From assembly GCA_964504205.1 (NCBI GenBank), contig CAZDDE010000001.1:58473-122472 (forward strand): 64,000 bases of DNA, given 5' to 3'. The position numbers and the translations under genes are program-made. This stretch comes from an uncultured Candidatus Saccharibacteria bacterium. GTDB lineage: Bacteria; Patescibacteriota; Minisyncoccia; Spechtbacterales; HO2-43-30. Shown piece after piece: positions 1 through 9,449 of the stretch; within the stretch, counting starts at the first letter, position 1, and each line of letters starts with the position of its first letter. Below the pieces are notes generated by a model. The model did not search any database. It was not told where the DNA came from and was given only the letters and a program-made list of their open reading frames with translations.

Positions 1-31
1 CGAGAAAGAAATACGCAATAAAGCAAGCGGC

Positions 32-913
32 ATGATAAAAGTCTATAATGCTTATAGTTCAGCGCCGCAAAACCTTGTGCAAAATACACGATTTGTTTCG
101 GAAGACGGCAAGCTGTTCAGAACAGCCGAAAATATAGTTGTTCCCGGCGCAGAAGTAGAAGATGGGAAGATTTTGCCGAGTTTTACGACTGTGCGCGTGC
201 TTGCCTCGGAGCCCGGCGAGGAATATAACATTGGTCCGGAGTCCTTTTCTATACCAGGTTTTAAGGGCACCCCAAAATACCTTGGATTCTACGGAGAATC
301 TGATAAAGCGATGGACGGCGGAAAAATCGGCACCACAAAATTGATAACAGAAAGCGATTACAATTCTGCTCGCCGTGAACTGGAAAGTGAATTGCTTGCG
401 CTTGCAGATGATGAAGTTGATCTTTTGCTGCCGCAGGGACTAGTAATCCCCGAGGGCGCAAAAGACGAGGTCAAAGTAAAAATTACAAGCTCTGCCAACA
501 TTGGCGATACGGCGAATGATTTTGTGTTTAAGGGGGTTGCTACGATACGCGCTTTTGCGATAAGCGAAGGCAGCGTTTTAGATATGTTGACCGAAGATTT
601 TTTTGAGCGGTTCCCGGATAAAATACTGCTTGTCTCCGGAACGCATCCGCAATACAAAATATCGAAAACAGATTTTACAAAAGGCACTATAGCGTTTACG
701 ATTAGCGTTTCGCGGAACGTTTATAGCAGGGTGGATCCCAAAGAAATAATTGAAAACATATATGGAAAAAGCGAGAGAGATGTGCGTGAGCATCTTAGTG
801 GACTTAAGAATATAAAAGGGGCAAAAATAACCTTCTGGCCTTTTTGGGTGAAAGATATGCCTAATGAGCGCATGAAAATTAAAGTCATTGTTGAAGGTGT
901 GCCGACTCCTTGA
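32..913 (+). CDS. hypothetical protein. The frame is open back to position 2, so it is probably 5'-partial at the window edge.
   Basis: 293-aa ORF; no stop between positions 2 and 32 in the same frame; no recognisable motifs. Confidence 0.5.
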   Translation: MIKVYNAYSSAPQNLVQNTRFVSEDGKLFRTAENIVVPGAEVEDGKILPSFTTVRVLASEPGEEYNIGPESFSIPGFKGTPKYLGFYGESDKAMDGGKIGTTKLITESDYNSARRELESELLALADDEVDLLLPQGLVIPEGAKDEVKVKITSSANIGDTANDFVFKGVATIRAFAISEGSVLDMLTEDFFERFPDKILLVSGTHPQYKISKTDFTKGTIAFTISVSRNVYSRVDPKEIIENIYGKSERDVREHLSGLKNIKGAKITFWPFWVKDMPNERMKIKVIVEGVPTP

Positions 914-952
914 CTTTTTTAACCATATAGACAATAATAGGTACTAGCACGA

Positions 953-1174
953 ATGACTGCCGAATCTGTCAAGGAAAATCAAAAGATGGGTACGGTGCGC
1001 GAATCTTTGCCGAGTGCAAATTTTCGTGTACGTTTAGACGACGGCAAAGAGGTCTTAGCTCATCTATCAGGAAAAATGCGTATTAACTTTATCCGCATTT
1101 TGCCGGGCGATAGAGTGGCTGTCGAACTTTCTCCAGATGCCGAGCGAGGCAGAATAGTATATCGCTATAAATAA
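953..1174 (+). CDS. infA: translation initiation factor IF-1
   Basis: 73 aa; GTV..LP..FRV.L..G.E..AH.SGKMR.N.IRIL.GD.V.VEL.P....GRIV.R matches the IF-1 S1-like fold; located in the ribosomal cluster. Alternative start at 986. Confidence 0.9.
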   Translation: MTAESVKENQKMGTVRESLPSANFRVRLDDGKEVLAHLSGKMRINFIRILPGDRVAVELSPDAERGRIVYRYK

Positions 1175-1176
1175 TT

Positions 1177-1293
1177 ATGAAGGTTCGCTCGTCGGTACAC
1201 AAAATTTGCAGGTCGTGTAAAAGCATTCGGCGGAATGGTCGAGTTTTTATTATATGCAAAGCCAATCCTAAGCATAAACAGAGACAAGGTTAA
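1177..1293 (+). CDS. rpmJ: 50S ribosomal protein L36. Missed by the ORF track because it is under 60 aa.
   Basis: 38-aa [41 protein letters not shown] with the C-x2-C...C-x5-H zinc-ribbon pattern of L36; canonical position between infA and rpsM. Confidence 0.85.
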   Translation: MKVRSSVHKICRSCKSIRRNGRVFIICKANPKHKQRQG

Positions 1294-1294
1294 T

Positions 1295-1684
1295 ATGCCT
1301 CGTATTGCAGGGGTCAACATACCCGAGAACAAACAAATATGGGTTTCGCTGACCTACATATATGGCATAGGGCGCAGTTTAAGTTACAAAATTTTACAGC
1401 AATGCGGTATCAACCCGTCCTTAAAAATCGATCGGATAAGTGCCGAAGAGGTCAATGCATTACGAAGTGCTGTTGAGAGTAATTATAAGGTTGAGGGCGA
1501 GTTGCGGCGGGAAAAACAGATGAATATTAAGCGCTTAAAGGATATCAGCTGTTACCGTGGCATAAGGCATATCAAAGGTCTTCCGGTGCGCGGTCAGCAA
1601 ACGCGCACAAACGGCCGCACTATTCGCGGCAATGTTCGCCGTACTATGGGCAGCGGCCGCAAGCCAGCAGCAAGCCCAACATAA
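1295..1684 (+). CDS. rpsM: 30S ribosomal protein S13
   Basis: MPRIAGVNIP... canonical S13 N-terminus. Start moved from the track's 1235 to the conserved MPRIAGV methionine, one nucleotide after the rpmJ stop. Confidence 0.9.
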   Translation: MPRIAGVNIPENKQIWVSLTYIYGIGRSLSYKILQQCGINPSLKIDRISAEEVNALRSAVESNYKVEGELRREKQMNIKRLKDISCYRGIRHIKGLPVRGQQTRTNGRTIRGNVRRTMGSGRKPAASPT

Positions 1685-1713
1685 AATTAAGCTAGTAAAT
1701 ATATAAATAACAA

Positions 1714-2151
1714 ATGGGCAAGAAGCGTATTATACAACAAGAAGAGATTGCGGCAGGGTCCCAAGAGGGGAAACCAGTAAAGTCTAAGGGCGCAAGACAG
1801 AAGCAGTTTTCGCATTCCCGTATTTTTGTTTTAGCCAGCTATAACAATACCTTGGTTTCAGTCGGAGATGCAAATGGGAATATTATTTCGTGGTCAAGCG
1901 CTGGCACTCTTGGGTTTAAAGGACCAAGGAAGGCAACGCCATTTGCGGCCTCGAAAGTAGTCGAAAATATTTTTGAAAAGTTGGCGGGAGTTAATTTAGG
2001 GAAAGTCGCGATTTCGGTGCAGGGAGTAGGCGGAGGCCGGGACGCGGCGGTGCGCGCGCTTGCTTCGCGCGGACTTGATATTACTTCTCTGCGCGACGCG
2101 ACTCCGTTGCCGCACAACGGCTGTCGTCCACGCAAGGCACGGCGTGTTTAA
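1714..2151 (+). CDS. rpsK: 30S ribosomal protein S11
   Basis: IFVLASYNNTLVSVGDANGN..SWSSAG...KGPRKATPFAA S11 signature. Confidence 0.93.
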   Translation: MGKKRIIQQEEIAAGSQEGKPVKSKGARQKQFSHSRIFVLASYNNTLVSVGDANGNIISWSSAGTLGFKGPRKATPFAASKVVENIFEKLAGVNLGKVAISVQGVGGGRDAAVRALASRGLDITSLRDATPLPHNGCRPRKARRV

Positions 2152-2166
2152 TTTGTAATTTTAAGT

Positions 2167-2655
2167 ATGGCAAACCGACGTCCAAAACAGAAGTCAGAAT
2201 ACGGCAGGCAGCTTGATGAAAAGCAGGAGCTTAAAGCAACATACGCTTTGCGCGAGAGGCAGTTCAGGAAATTTTTCCGAGCGGGTTCCGATCCCGAGTT
2301 GATTTATCGGATGCTTGAATTGCGAGTTGACAACGTGGTATATCGCGCTGGTTTCGCGTCGACCATCCGCGCCGCACGGCAAATTGTTAGCCATGGGCAC
2401 ATCCTGATTAATGGCAAAAAGACGGATATTCCTTCAGTTGCGATAAAACTGAATGATGTGATTAGTTTTCATAGTTCCAGTGTTAAAAAAATTCCTTTCC
2501 AGGATTTAGTGGTTCAGCTCAAAAAATATGAGCCGCCGCCATGGATTACTTTAAATATGGAGGATTTGAGCGCTAAGATTACCGCGCTTCCGGTAAGTGC
2601 CGATTCAATGACTATAAATAGAATTAAACCAGTCATTGGGTTCTATTCTCGATAA
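2167..2655 (+). CDS. rpsD: 30S ribosomal protein S4
   Basis: S4 N-terminal motifs YALRERQ..RKFF and an S4 RNA-binding domain (IVSHGHILINGKKTDIPS). Confidence 0.9.
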   Translation: MANRRPKQKSEYGRQLDEKQELKATYALRERQFRKFFRAGSDPELIYRMLELRVDNVVYRAGFASTIRAARQIVSHGHILINGKKTDIPSVAIKLNDVISFHSSSVKKIPFQDLVVQLKKYEPPPWITLNMEDLSAKITALPVSADSMTINRIKPVIGFYSR

Positions 2656-2669
2656 TTAGCTGTAAAAAT

Positions 2670-3431
2670 ATGCAAATAACTTTACCGAAACTACCCAAAA
2701 TTAAAGAGGAAGAAAAAAATAGAGCCGTATTTGTAATCGAAGATTTGTATCCGGGTTATGGCGTTACTGTCGGTAATGCCTTGCGACGCGCGCTTTATTC
2801 GTCAATACCCGGCGCGGCGATATCGCAGGTTAAAATAAAAGGCGCATCCCATGAGTTTTCAACCTTGAAGGGAGTGCTTGAAGATATTCTCGAGATAACT
2901 CTGAATCTTAAACAAATTTGTATCAAATTGCATGGCGACGAACCGCAGACCGCTTCCGTTAAGGTTAAGGGCGTTCGTGAGGTTACAGCGGCCGACATTG
3001 ATGCTCCAAGTCAGGTCGAAGTTATAAACAAGGATGCACACATCGCGACATTAACCAGTAAAGACGCGTCTTTCGAAATAGAACTGCTTATTGAAGCCGG
3101 ACTCGGTTACGTTCCGGTAGAGCAGCGCCAAAATGTTGGGGCGGAGATCGGTTCAATACCTTTGGATGCTATTTTTACGCCAATGCGTAAAGTAAATTTT
3201 GAAATTGAGAATATGCGCGTTGGCGACCGAACGGATTATAATCGCTTGGCGCTTGAAATAGTTACTAACGGGGCTATTTCTCCGCGAGAAGCACTTGTCT
3301 ACGCGGCAAAACTTCTCACCGAGCACTTTGCATTGGCGGGTGATATTGAGTTGCCAAAGGATTCTGCCGGAAAAGATAAAACTAAGGATAAACCGAGAAA
3401 AAAGATAATACGAAAAAAGATCAAGAAATAA
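2670..3431 (+). CDS. rpoA: DNA-directed RNA polymerase alpha subunit. It has the N-terminal dimerisation/assembly domain only and ends in a lysine-rich tail with no alpha C-terminal domain.
   Basis: 253 aa; alpha N-terminal domain motifs (GYGVTVGNALRRAL.SSIPGAAI); rplQ starts 9 nt downstream, so there is no room for a C-terminal domain. Confidence 0.88.
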   Translation: MQITLPKLPKIKEEEKNRAVFVIEDLYPGYGVTVGNALRRALYSSIPGAAISQVKIKGASHEFSTLKGVLEDILEITLNLKQICIKLHGDEPQTASVKVKGVREVTAADIDAPSQVEVINKDAHIATLTSKDASFEIELLIEAGLGYVPVEQRQNVGAEIGSIPLDAIFTPMRKVNFEIENMRVGDRTDYNRLALEIVTNGAISPREALVYAAKLLTEHFALAGDIELPKDSAGKDKTKDKPRKKIIRKKIKK

Positions 3432-3439
3432 AATAGATC

Positions 3440-3787
3440 ATGAACAAAAATAATTCAAGGAGAAAGTTTGGCCGCAAACGCGACCAGCGCGAAGCTTTGT
3501 TGGAAGGTTTGGCAAATGCGCTCGTATTGCATGAGAAAATTTTAACGACTGCGCCGCGTGCGAAGGAATTGCGCAAATATATCGAACCGATTATAACCAA
3601 ATCAAAATTAGATACGGTGAAAAATCGGCGTCTCGTCGCGAGAAAAATAAATAGCGCAGCCGTAAAAAAGTTATTTAGTAGTATCGCTCCGCGCTATAAG
3701 GAAATTTTTGGCGGATATACGCGCATAGTAAAGCATTCTCCACGCAAGACCGACTCTTCGCCCCTTGCAGTAATTGAATTGCGATGA
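3440..3787 (+). CDS. rplQ: 50S ribosomal protein L17
   Basis: L17-like; follows rpoA as in the canonical cluster. Confidence 0.9.
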   Translation: MNKNNSRRKFGRKRDQREALLEGLANALVLHEKILTTAPRAKELRKYIEPIITKSKLDTVKNRRLVARKINSAAVKKLFSSIAPRYKEIFGGYTRIVKHSPRKTDSSPLAVIELR

Positions 3788-4122
3788 CTTATAAAATTGA
3801 TGCAACAGCTAAAATTCTTGGTCGTTTGGCAACAGAAATTGCGGTGATTTTGCGCGGGAAAAATTTAGCGAATTTTACGCTCAACAGAAAACCTTCCATT
3901 AAGGTTGAGATTAGTAATGTTGGCAAAATTAGAGTGAGCGGAGATAAGGAGAAGTCAAAATTGTATTGGCATTATAGTGGTTATCCGGGCGGCATATACA
4001 AAACAAATTATGCGGATTTAAAACGGCAGAATCATAGTTTGATATTAAAAAAAGCTGTTTATGGGATGCTGCCGAAAAATCGTCTTCGCGCAAAGATGAT
4101 GAAAAATCTAATCGTAAAGTAA
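3784..4122 (+). CDS. rplM: 50S ribosomal protein L13
   Basis: L13 family similarity (ILGRLAT.IA..LRGK), immediately upstream of rpsI. Confidence 0.85.
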   Translation: MTYKIDATAKILGRLATEIAVILRGKNLANFTLNRKPSIKVEISNVGKIRVSGDKEKSKLYWHYSGYPGGIYKTNYADLKRQNHSLILKKAVYGMLPKNRLRAKMMKNLIVK

Positions 4123-4132
4123 AAAGTATATT

Positions 4133-4624
4133 ATGGCTACCGCGAAATCTTCAAAAAAAATTAAAAAGGCTAAGGTGAAGGAAGTAAAGGCCAAGGTGAT
4201 GGAAACGGAGGCTCCGGCAGAATCAAAGTCTCCAAGCCGCTATTATGAGGGTCTTGGCAGACGAAAACGCGCAGTTGCCCGCGTGCGCCTTTTTACCAGA
4301 GGCGAAAAGGGATTTCTGATCAATAATGTTGCGCATATTCAATATTTTCCAACCGAGGAGCTGCGCCTTATTGCGGACGCGGCATTAAGGAGAATGAAAG
4401 TGCTGGACAAGTTTGTGGTCTCGGTCAAGGTGATGGGTGGAGGAACTGCCGGGCAGGCAGAGGCCGTGCGGCATGGCATCTCGCGTGCGCTTATCAAATT
4501 TAATCCGGATTTCCGCAAGCGTCTCAAAAAATCTGGATTTTTGCGCCGCGATCCGCGGGAAAAAGAACGGCGCAAATTTGGCCTTAAGAAAGCAAGGAGA
4601 GCCCCGCAGTGGCAAAAGCGGTAG
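4133..4624 (+). CDS. rpsI: 30S ribosomal protein S9
   Basis: C-terminal GGG..GQA.A...GI.RAL......R..LKK.G.L.RD.R..ERKK.G..KAR.....KR is the S9 signature; a lysine-rich N-terminal extension is present. Confidence 0.92.
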   Translation: MATAKSSKKIKKAKVKEVKAKVMETEAPAESKSPSRYYEGLGRRKRAVARVRLFTRGEKGFLINNVAHIQYFPTEELRLIADAALRRMKVLDKFVVSVKVMGGGTAGQAEAVRHGISRALIKFNPDFRKRLKKSGFLRRDPREKERRKFGLKKARRAPQWQKR

Positions 4625-4642
4625 TGGCTTAGCGATCGTCGT

Positions 4643-5914
4643 TCACTTGAGTTCTGCGGCGTAGAGCGATCCTCCAGAAAGAAAGTAAAGAGTATTGCGC
4701 GTGTCGTCATAAGATAGCTTTTGCGCGCGCATGCTAATAATTTTATAAAGATTCTGCCTGTCTCTAGTATCTAACTCAATAATTTTTATTGCCTCCTCTT
4801 CGGAAAATATTATGTATTCGTTGTTTTTTGTAAACCAAATAGCGTCAAAGACGGGCGAATCATTCCTGACTACCTTTATCGTATCGCCGGTGTCGCGGAA
4901 AGGCTGTGTGTGATTATTTTCTAGCCACTGCACCCATATATCGTTTTCTTCGATAACTAAGAATTTCTTTCTATCCGGTGTAAACACTTTATCTGTTTCG
5001 CGGTCATCCGCCGGATGAAATGTCAGCTGTCGGATGTCGCCGGTCTGAAGGTCCAGCAGACTTTTCGTTTGAGTAACGGTGGAAATATAGATAATGTTAT
5101 TATCGTTAATTGTGAAAGAGGAAACATCGTGCGCCAACGTTTGGGGCAGTTTTCGGTTTTTCGTGCTATGTTTTAAAAGCAGATTAAACTTTTCATTCGC
5201 GGCAGTGAATATAATATCATCGGTATCGAGCGGATTCCAGGCGATTTTTAGAATACGCGCCTGTGATATCCTCAACTCATAGCTTGTATAACCTTTAAGT
5301 TCCTTGATTATCAGGCGTGCGCGGCTGATTCCGTTAAGCAAGAGGGCCACTTTCGAGGAATCAGGACTCCAGACTATTGCGGTTGCCTCGAAATTTGTTG
5401 AGGTTGCGCTATCCTGGTAAAGCAGACTTTTCTTGTCGGTGCGCTTCTCATATATATGGATATTGAGAATGGGATTTGTTTCGACGATGGCAATACGTTC
5501 ATTATCCGGAGATGGATAAAATTCAGCAAGATTTGATGCAAGGATTTTAGGAACAACATTCTTGGGAAATAAATAAATATTTTTTGCTTCAGTAACAAGC
5601 TTTGGCAGAACGGTTAACTTTTTCCCCCAGGAGAAATATCCGTCTTTTTTAACTTCAATGAGATAAGACCTTGGGAAAAGATTTCCGATGTAGATATTTT
5701 GAAAAACAAAATTGCTTTGTTTCTTTAATTTGCCATCGAAATACGCCCCTACCGGCGCTGGACGCGGTTCGAGGAATAATGCGCCAGTCTTAATAATCGC
5801 GCCGTAACGTAAGTCAAAACGGTATCCCTGGGAATACATAATGATAAGCGGAGTAATCAAGATAAACAGCGCGGCCATGGTAAAGAAAAGTATAGAACGA
5901 GTAGATGTTTTCAC
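4643..5914 (-). CDS. membrane-anchored protein with a predicted beta-propeller/PEGA-like ectodomain
   Basis: N-terminal transmembrane helix (ILFFTMAALFILITPLIIM), then a 400-aa beta-rich region with WD/TolB-like repeats. No catalytic motifs. Confidence 0.6.
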   Translation of the reverse strand: MKTSTRSILFFTMAALFILITPLIIMYSQGYRFDLRYGAIIKTGALFLEPRPAPVGAYFDGKLKKQSNFVFQNIYIGNLFPRSYLIEVKKDGYFSWGKKLTVLPKLVTEAKNIYLFPKNVVPKILASNLAEFYPSPDNERIAIVETNPILNIHIYEKRTDKKSLLYQDSATSTNFEATAIVWSPDSSKVALLLNGISRARLIIKELKGYTSYELRISQARILKIAWNPLDTDDIIFTAANEKFNLLLKHSTKNRKLPQTLAHDVSSFTINDNNIIYISTVTQTKSLLDLQTGDIRQLTFHPADDRETDKVFTPDRKKFLVIEENDIWVQWLENNHTQPFRDTGDTIKVVRNDSPVFDAIWFTKNNEYIIFSEEEAIKIIELDTRDRQNLYKIISMRAQKLSYDDTRNTLYFLSGGSLYAAELK

Positions 5915-6007
5915 TAGTTTGAATAATTACTTTTAACTTTTATTCAGGCACTATAACTCAAAATTTAAAATATTGCTACAGCAGCAAATTTATAGTATGG
6001 TGATTGA

Positions 6008-7294
6008 ATGTCCACATATCTTGTAATCAAAGGCGGAAAACGTTTATCCGGCACAATCCCTGTTTATGGATCAAAGAACGCCGCTTTGCCGATCATTGCG
6101 GCAACAATCCTCACAAAAACCCCATGCGTTATACGCAATATTCCGCGTGTTACGGATGTTCATGTAATGATTGATGCCCTGCGCGATATGGGCGCAAAAG
6201 TCTTGTGGAAGGATCGGCGGACGGTTATTATTGAGAATAAAGAGATTGATCCTGACAAGCTAAGCCAAAGCGCTGTGCAGAAAATGCGCGCCTCCATACT
6301 CTTTTGCGGTCCGCTGCTTGCGCGGTTTGGCGAAGTACGCAAAATGCATTACCCCGGCGGATGCAGTATAGGCGCGCGCCCAATCGATGTTCATTTGCGT
6401 TCATTTGAAGATTTGGGCGCAAAAGTAATTCGCGCGAATAATTTTTTCTCTATCTACAGAGAAGCGCGTCCCCGGTCACAAAATTCAGTTGTTTTAAACG
6501 AATTCAGTGTTACAGCAACCGAAAATGTTTTATTATTTGCAAGCGCAGTGCCGGAGCAAACGACGATTAAAATTGCTGCCGCAGAACCGCATGTTGCTGA
6601 TCTCGCCAAATTCCTTACAAAGACAGGTGCGCGAATACATGGCGCTGGGACTGCGCAAATCTCTATACGCGGTTCTGCAAATTTAATTGGAGCAACGCAC
6701 AGGATAATTGCTGATTACATTGAGGCCGGCACCTTTATCCTCATGGCTTTGGTGGCTGGCAGGGCAATTGAAATAAAAAATGCCCCAATCGAACATCTGG
6801 ACCTTGTTATTAAAAAACTTCGCGCGGCTGGAGGAAACATCGCTTGCAATCATCGCAAAAAAACAATAACCGTTCAATCTGGACGAAAAAGTTTAATTCT
6901 CGATAAGGTGCAAATCATGCCTTATCCCGGCATACCCACAGATTTGCAATCCGCCTTTGGCGTTTTTGCGGCTCGAACCGTTGGAGAAACGCTTATTCAC
7001 GAACCATTATATGAAAATCGTTTTGCCTGCCTAAAGGAACTAGCAAAATTTGGCGTAAGAATTAAAGCGCTTGATCCGCACCGTGCGATTGTGCATGGGC
7101 CAACAAACTTAAATGCCGCGGAAGTCAGCGGACACGACTTGCGCAGTGTCGCGGCCTTGGTCATTGCCGGGCTTGCGGCAAAGGGCACGACAATTGTCCG
7201 CGGCGCCGAGCACGTGGAGCGCGGCTACGAAAATTTGGAAGGCCGCCTGCTCGCCCTCGGGGCGAATATAAAGAAGGTTACAACTGACGATTGA
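6008..7294 (+). CDS. murA: UDP-N-acetylglucosamine 1-carboxyvinyltransferase
   Basis: 428 aa; MurA/EPSP-synthase fold motifs (GGK.LSG...V.GSKNAALPI..A..L; active-site loop ...PGGCSIG.RPID.H). Confidence 0.92.
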   Translation: MSTYLVIKGGKRLSGTIPVYGSKNAALPIIAATILTKTPCVIRNIPRVTDVHVMIDALRDMGAKVLWKDRRTVIIENKEIDPDKLSQSAVQKMRASILFCGPLLARFGEVRKMHYPGGCSIGARPIDVHLRSFEDLGAKVIRANNFFSIYREARPRSQNSVVLNEFSVTATENVLLFASAVPEQTTIKIAAAEPHVADLAKFLTKTGARIHGAGTAQISIRGSANLIGATHRIIADYIEAGTFILMALVAGRAIEIKNAPIEHLDLVIKKLRAAGGNIACNHRKKTITVQSGRKSLILDKVQIMPYPGIPTDLQSAFGVFAARTVGETLIHEPLYENRFACLKELAKFGVRIKALDPHRAIVHGPTNLNAAEVSGHDLRSVAALVIAGLAAKGTTIVRGAEHVERGYENLEGRLLALGANIKKVTTDD

Positions 7295-7304
7295 CTTTTG
7301 TTAA

Positions 7305-8324
7305 TTGTTTTTCATGTTTTCTCCTCGTAAAATTGGTATAGATCTTGGCACCTCAAACTCGCTTGTTTATGTGCCGAAAAAAGGCATTGTCATCAACGAG
7401 CCTTCGGTGGTGGCAATTTCAGTTGGCGATGGGGAAGTGCTCGCAGTGGGCAATGCCGCAAAAGCGATGATCGGCCGCACGCCTGATACAATCGTTGCTC
7501 ATCGCCCATTGAAGGACGGAGTTATCGCAGATTACCGCGTAACCGAAGCAATGATACGTCATTTTATCAGCCAAGTCAGCGGAAGAATACGTTTGTTTAA
7601 GCCGGAGGTTATGGTTTCCGTTCCAGCAGGGATTACCTCCACCGAACGGCGCGCGGTTATCGAAGCAACCATAAAAGCCGGCGCAAAGGCGGCATATGTG
7701 GTGAAAGAGCCGATTGTTGCAGCGATCGGGGCGGGCATTCCGATAAATTCTTCAACAGGGCATATGGTTGTGAATATTGGCGGCGGTACAACGGAAGTTG
7801 CGGTGATTTCATTGGGCGGAATAGTTTTTGCGAGTTCCGCCCGCGTCGGAGGCAACAAGATAGATGCGGCTATTACGGCGCATATTAAGCAAAAGCACGA
7901 TCTTGCTATTGGTGAACAAACCGCCGAAGAAATTAAAAAATCAATCGGCAGCGCTATACCAATAAAAGATGAGGAGGAACTTGTCATTCGCGGTCGCGAT
8001 ATGCTTACTGGTTTACCGCGCAATATCACTATAAAAACCAACGAGGTTACCGAGGCAATGACTGATATTCTGCGCGTGATTGTGCAAACTGTTAAGGCGG
8101 TTTTGCGGGAAACTCCGCCCGAACTTTCGGCGGATGTTATGGATAAAGGTATGGTCCTCACTGGCGGCGGGTCGCTCTTGCGCAACATAGATACTCTGCT
8201 TACGGAAGCTACCGGCGTTGCCGCGCATCTTGCCGAGGACCCTCTCCTTTGCGTCGCCAAAGGCACCGGTGTTGCGCTCGAAAACTTGGAAGTGTACAAG
8301 CGCAGCATAATGAGTAAGAAATAG
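7305..8324 (+). CDS. mreB: rod shape-determining protein MreB, paralog 1
   Basis: IGIDLGTSNS phosphate-1 motif, NIGGGTTEVAVISLGG phosphate-2 motif, an adenosine motif and LTGGGSLL; actin/Hsp70 fold. Confidence 0.9.
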   Translation: MFFMFSPRKIGIDLGTSNSLVYVPKKGIVINEPSVVAISVGDGEVLAVGNAAKAMIGRTPDTIVAHRPLKDGVIADYRVTEAMIRHFISQVSGRIRLFKPEVMVSVPAGITSTERRAVIEATIKAGAKAAYVVKEPIVAAIGAGIPINSSTGHMVVNIGGGTTEVAVISLGGIVFASSARVGGNKIDAAITAHIKQKHDLAIGEQTAEEIKKSIGSAIPIKDEEELVIRGRDMLTGLPRNITIKTNEVTEAMTDILRVIVQTVKAVLRETPPELSADVMDKGMVLTGGGSLLRNIDTLLTEATGVAAHLAEDPLLCVAKGTGVALENLEVYKRSIMSKK

Positions 8325-9449
8325 ATGCTAGAGGCGATACACAATAAAAAGATTGCCTTGGTTCATGACTATTTATTGCGTTTTGGCGGAGCGGAAAGGG
8401 TGCTTAGAGTATTGCATAGAATGTTTCCGGAAGCGCCGATATATACTGTTGTATATGATAAGGAGTTTACAAAACGATTTCTTGGCGATTGTCATGAGGG
8501 AGCTTGCCCTGAGCTTGTCGAAGGGTCATTTTTGCAAAAATTGCCTTTCTTGCTACAGAGGCGCTATCAATACTTTTTGCCTTTGATACCTTCAGCAGTA
8601 GAAAACATAGATTTATCTGATTTTGATGTTGTAATTTCTTCATGCTCGGCGTTTTGCAAAGGTGTAATTACACGCCCCGATGCGCTGCATATATGCTATT
8701 GCCACACACCAACGCGATTTTTATGGGATTTGACGCATCAATACTCAAGCGCAAAAATTATTCTGCATTTTCTGCGATTTTGGGATAGGCAGGCGGCGGG
8801 ACGAGTTGACTATTTTATCGCCAATTCCAAGCATATCGCGGCGCGAATTAAAAAATTTTATGGCCGCGAAGCCCAGGTGATTTATCCCCCCGTCGCATTA
8901 CGAGTTACTCGTTGCCAGTTACCAGTTGCGCAAGGTGAGTATTTTCTCATCGTCTCCCAGCTTCGTCCATACAAACAAATAGATATCGCGTTAGAAGTGT
9001 TCAAGAAATTAGGATTTAATTTGATTGTTATAGGTGAAGGCAATGATAGAAAGCGGCTTGAGCGAATTGCCGGCGGCGCACGCAATATAAAATTCCTTGG
9101 TTTTTTGCCGGATGAAAAAGTTTTGGAGTATTATAGAAATTGTAAAGCGCTTATATTCTGCGGAGAGGAAGATTTTGGCATGGTGATGGCGGAAGCGATG
9201 CTCGCCGGCAAGCCGGTTTTAGCCCTGCGCCAAGGGGGGGCGAAGGAAATCATTGACGAGGGGATTACCGGCGAGTTTTTCGACGATGCGCACCCGTTGG
9301 TTTTGGCAGATGGCGTTCGGCGTTTGCTTGAAAATTACGTCAATTACAGCCCGCAGGTGATAAAATCGCGCGCAGAAAGATTTTCGTGTAATAAATTTGA
9401 AAAGTCGCTATTGGAATACATTGCGAAATGTTGTAAAATAAAGCCATGA
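8325..9449 (+). CDS. GT4-family glycosyltransferase (GT-B fold)
   Basis: KIALVHDYL..FGGAERV N-terminus and a C-terminal E..FG.V..EAM..G.PV motif typical of GT4. Confidence 0.7.
   Translation: MLEAIHNKKIALVHDYLLRFGGAERVLRVLHRMFPEAPIYTVVYDKEFTKRFLGDCHEGACPELVEGSFLQKLPFLLQRRYQYFLPLIPSAVENIDLSDFDVVISSCSAFCKGVITRPDALHICYCHTPTRFLWDLTHQYSSAKIILHFLRFWDRQAAGRVDYFIANSKHIAARIKKFYGREAQVIYPPVALRVTRCQLPVAQGEYFLIVSQLRPYKQIDIALEVFKKLGFNLIVIGEGNDRKRLERIAGGARNIKFLGFLPDEKVLEYYRNCKALIFCGEEDFGMVMAEAMLAGKPVLALRQGGAKEIIDEGITGEFFDDAHPLVLADGVRRLLENYVNYSPQVIKSRAERFSCNKFEKSLLEYIAKCCKIKP

Noticed and set aside
4339-4710. Minus-strand ORFs (123 aa, 76 aa) overlapping the rpsI 3' end
   Set aside because: These are antisense to a conserved ribosomal protein gene, with no RBS.
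7559-8344. 261-aa minus-strand ORF antisense to mreB1; similarly 17707-18603 antisense to mreB2, 47597-48271 antisense to groEL, and 26659-26997 and 26406-26714 antisense to dnaK/dnaJ
   Set aside because: These are shadow ORFs inside strongly supported conserved genes. The sense-strand proteins have clear family motifs, and the antisense products are low-complexity (Ser/Ala/Pro/Arg-rich).
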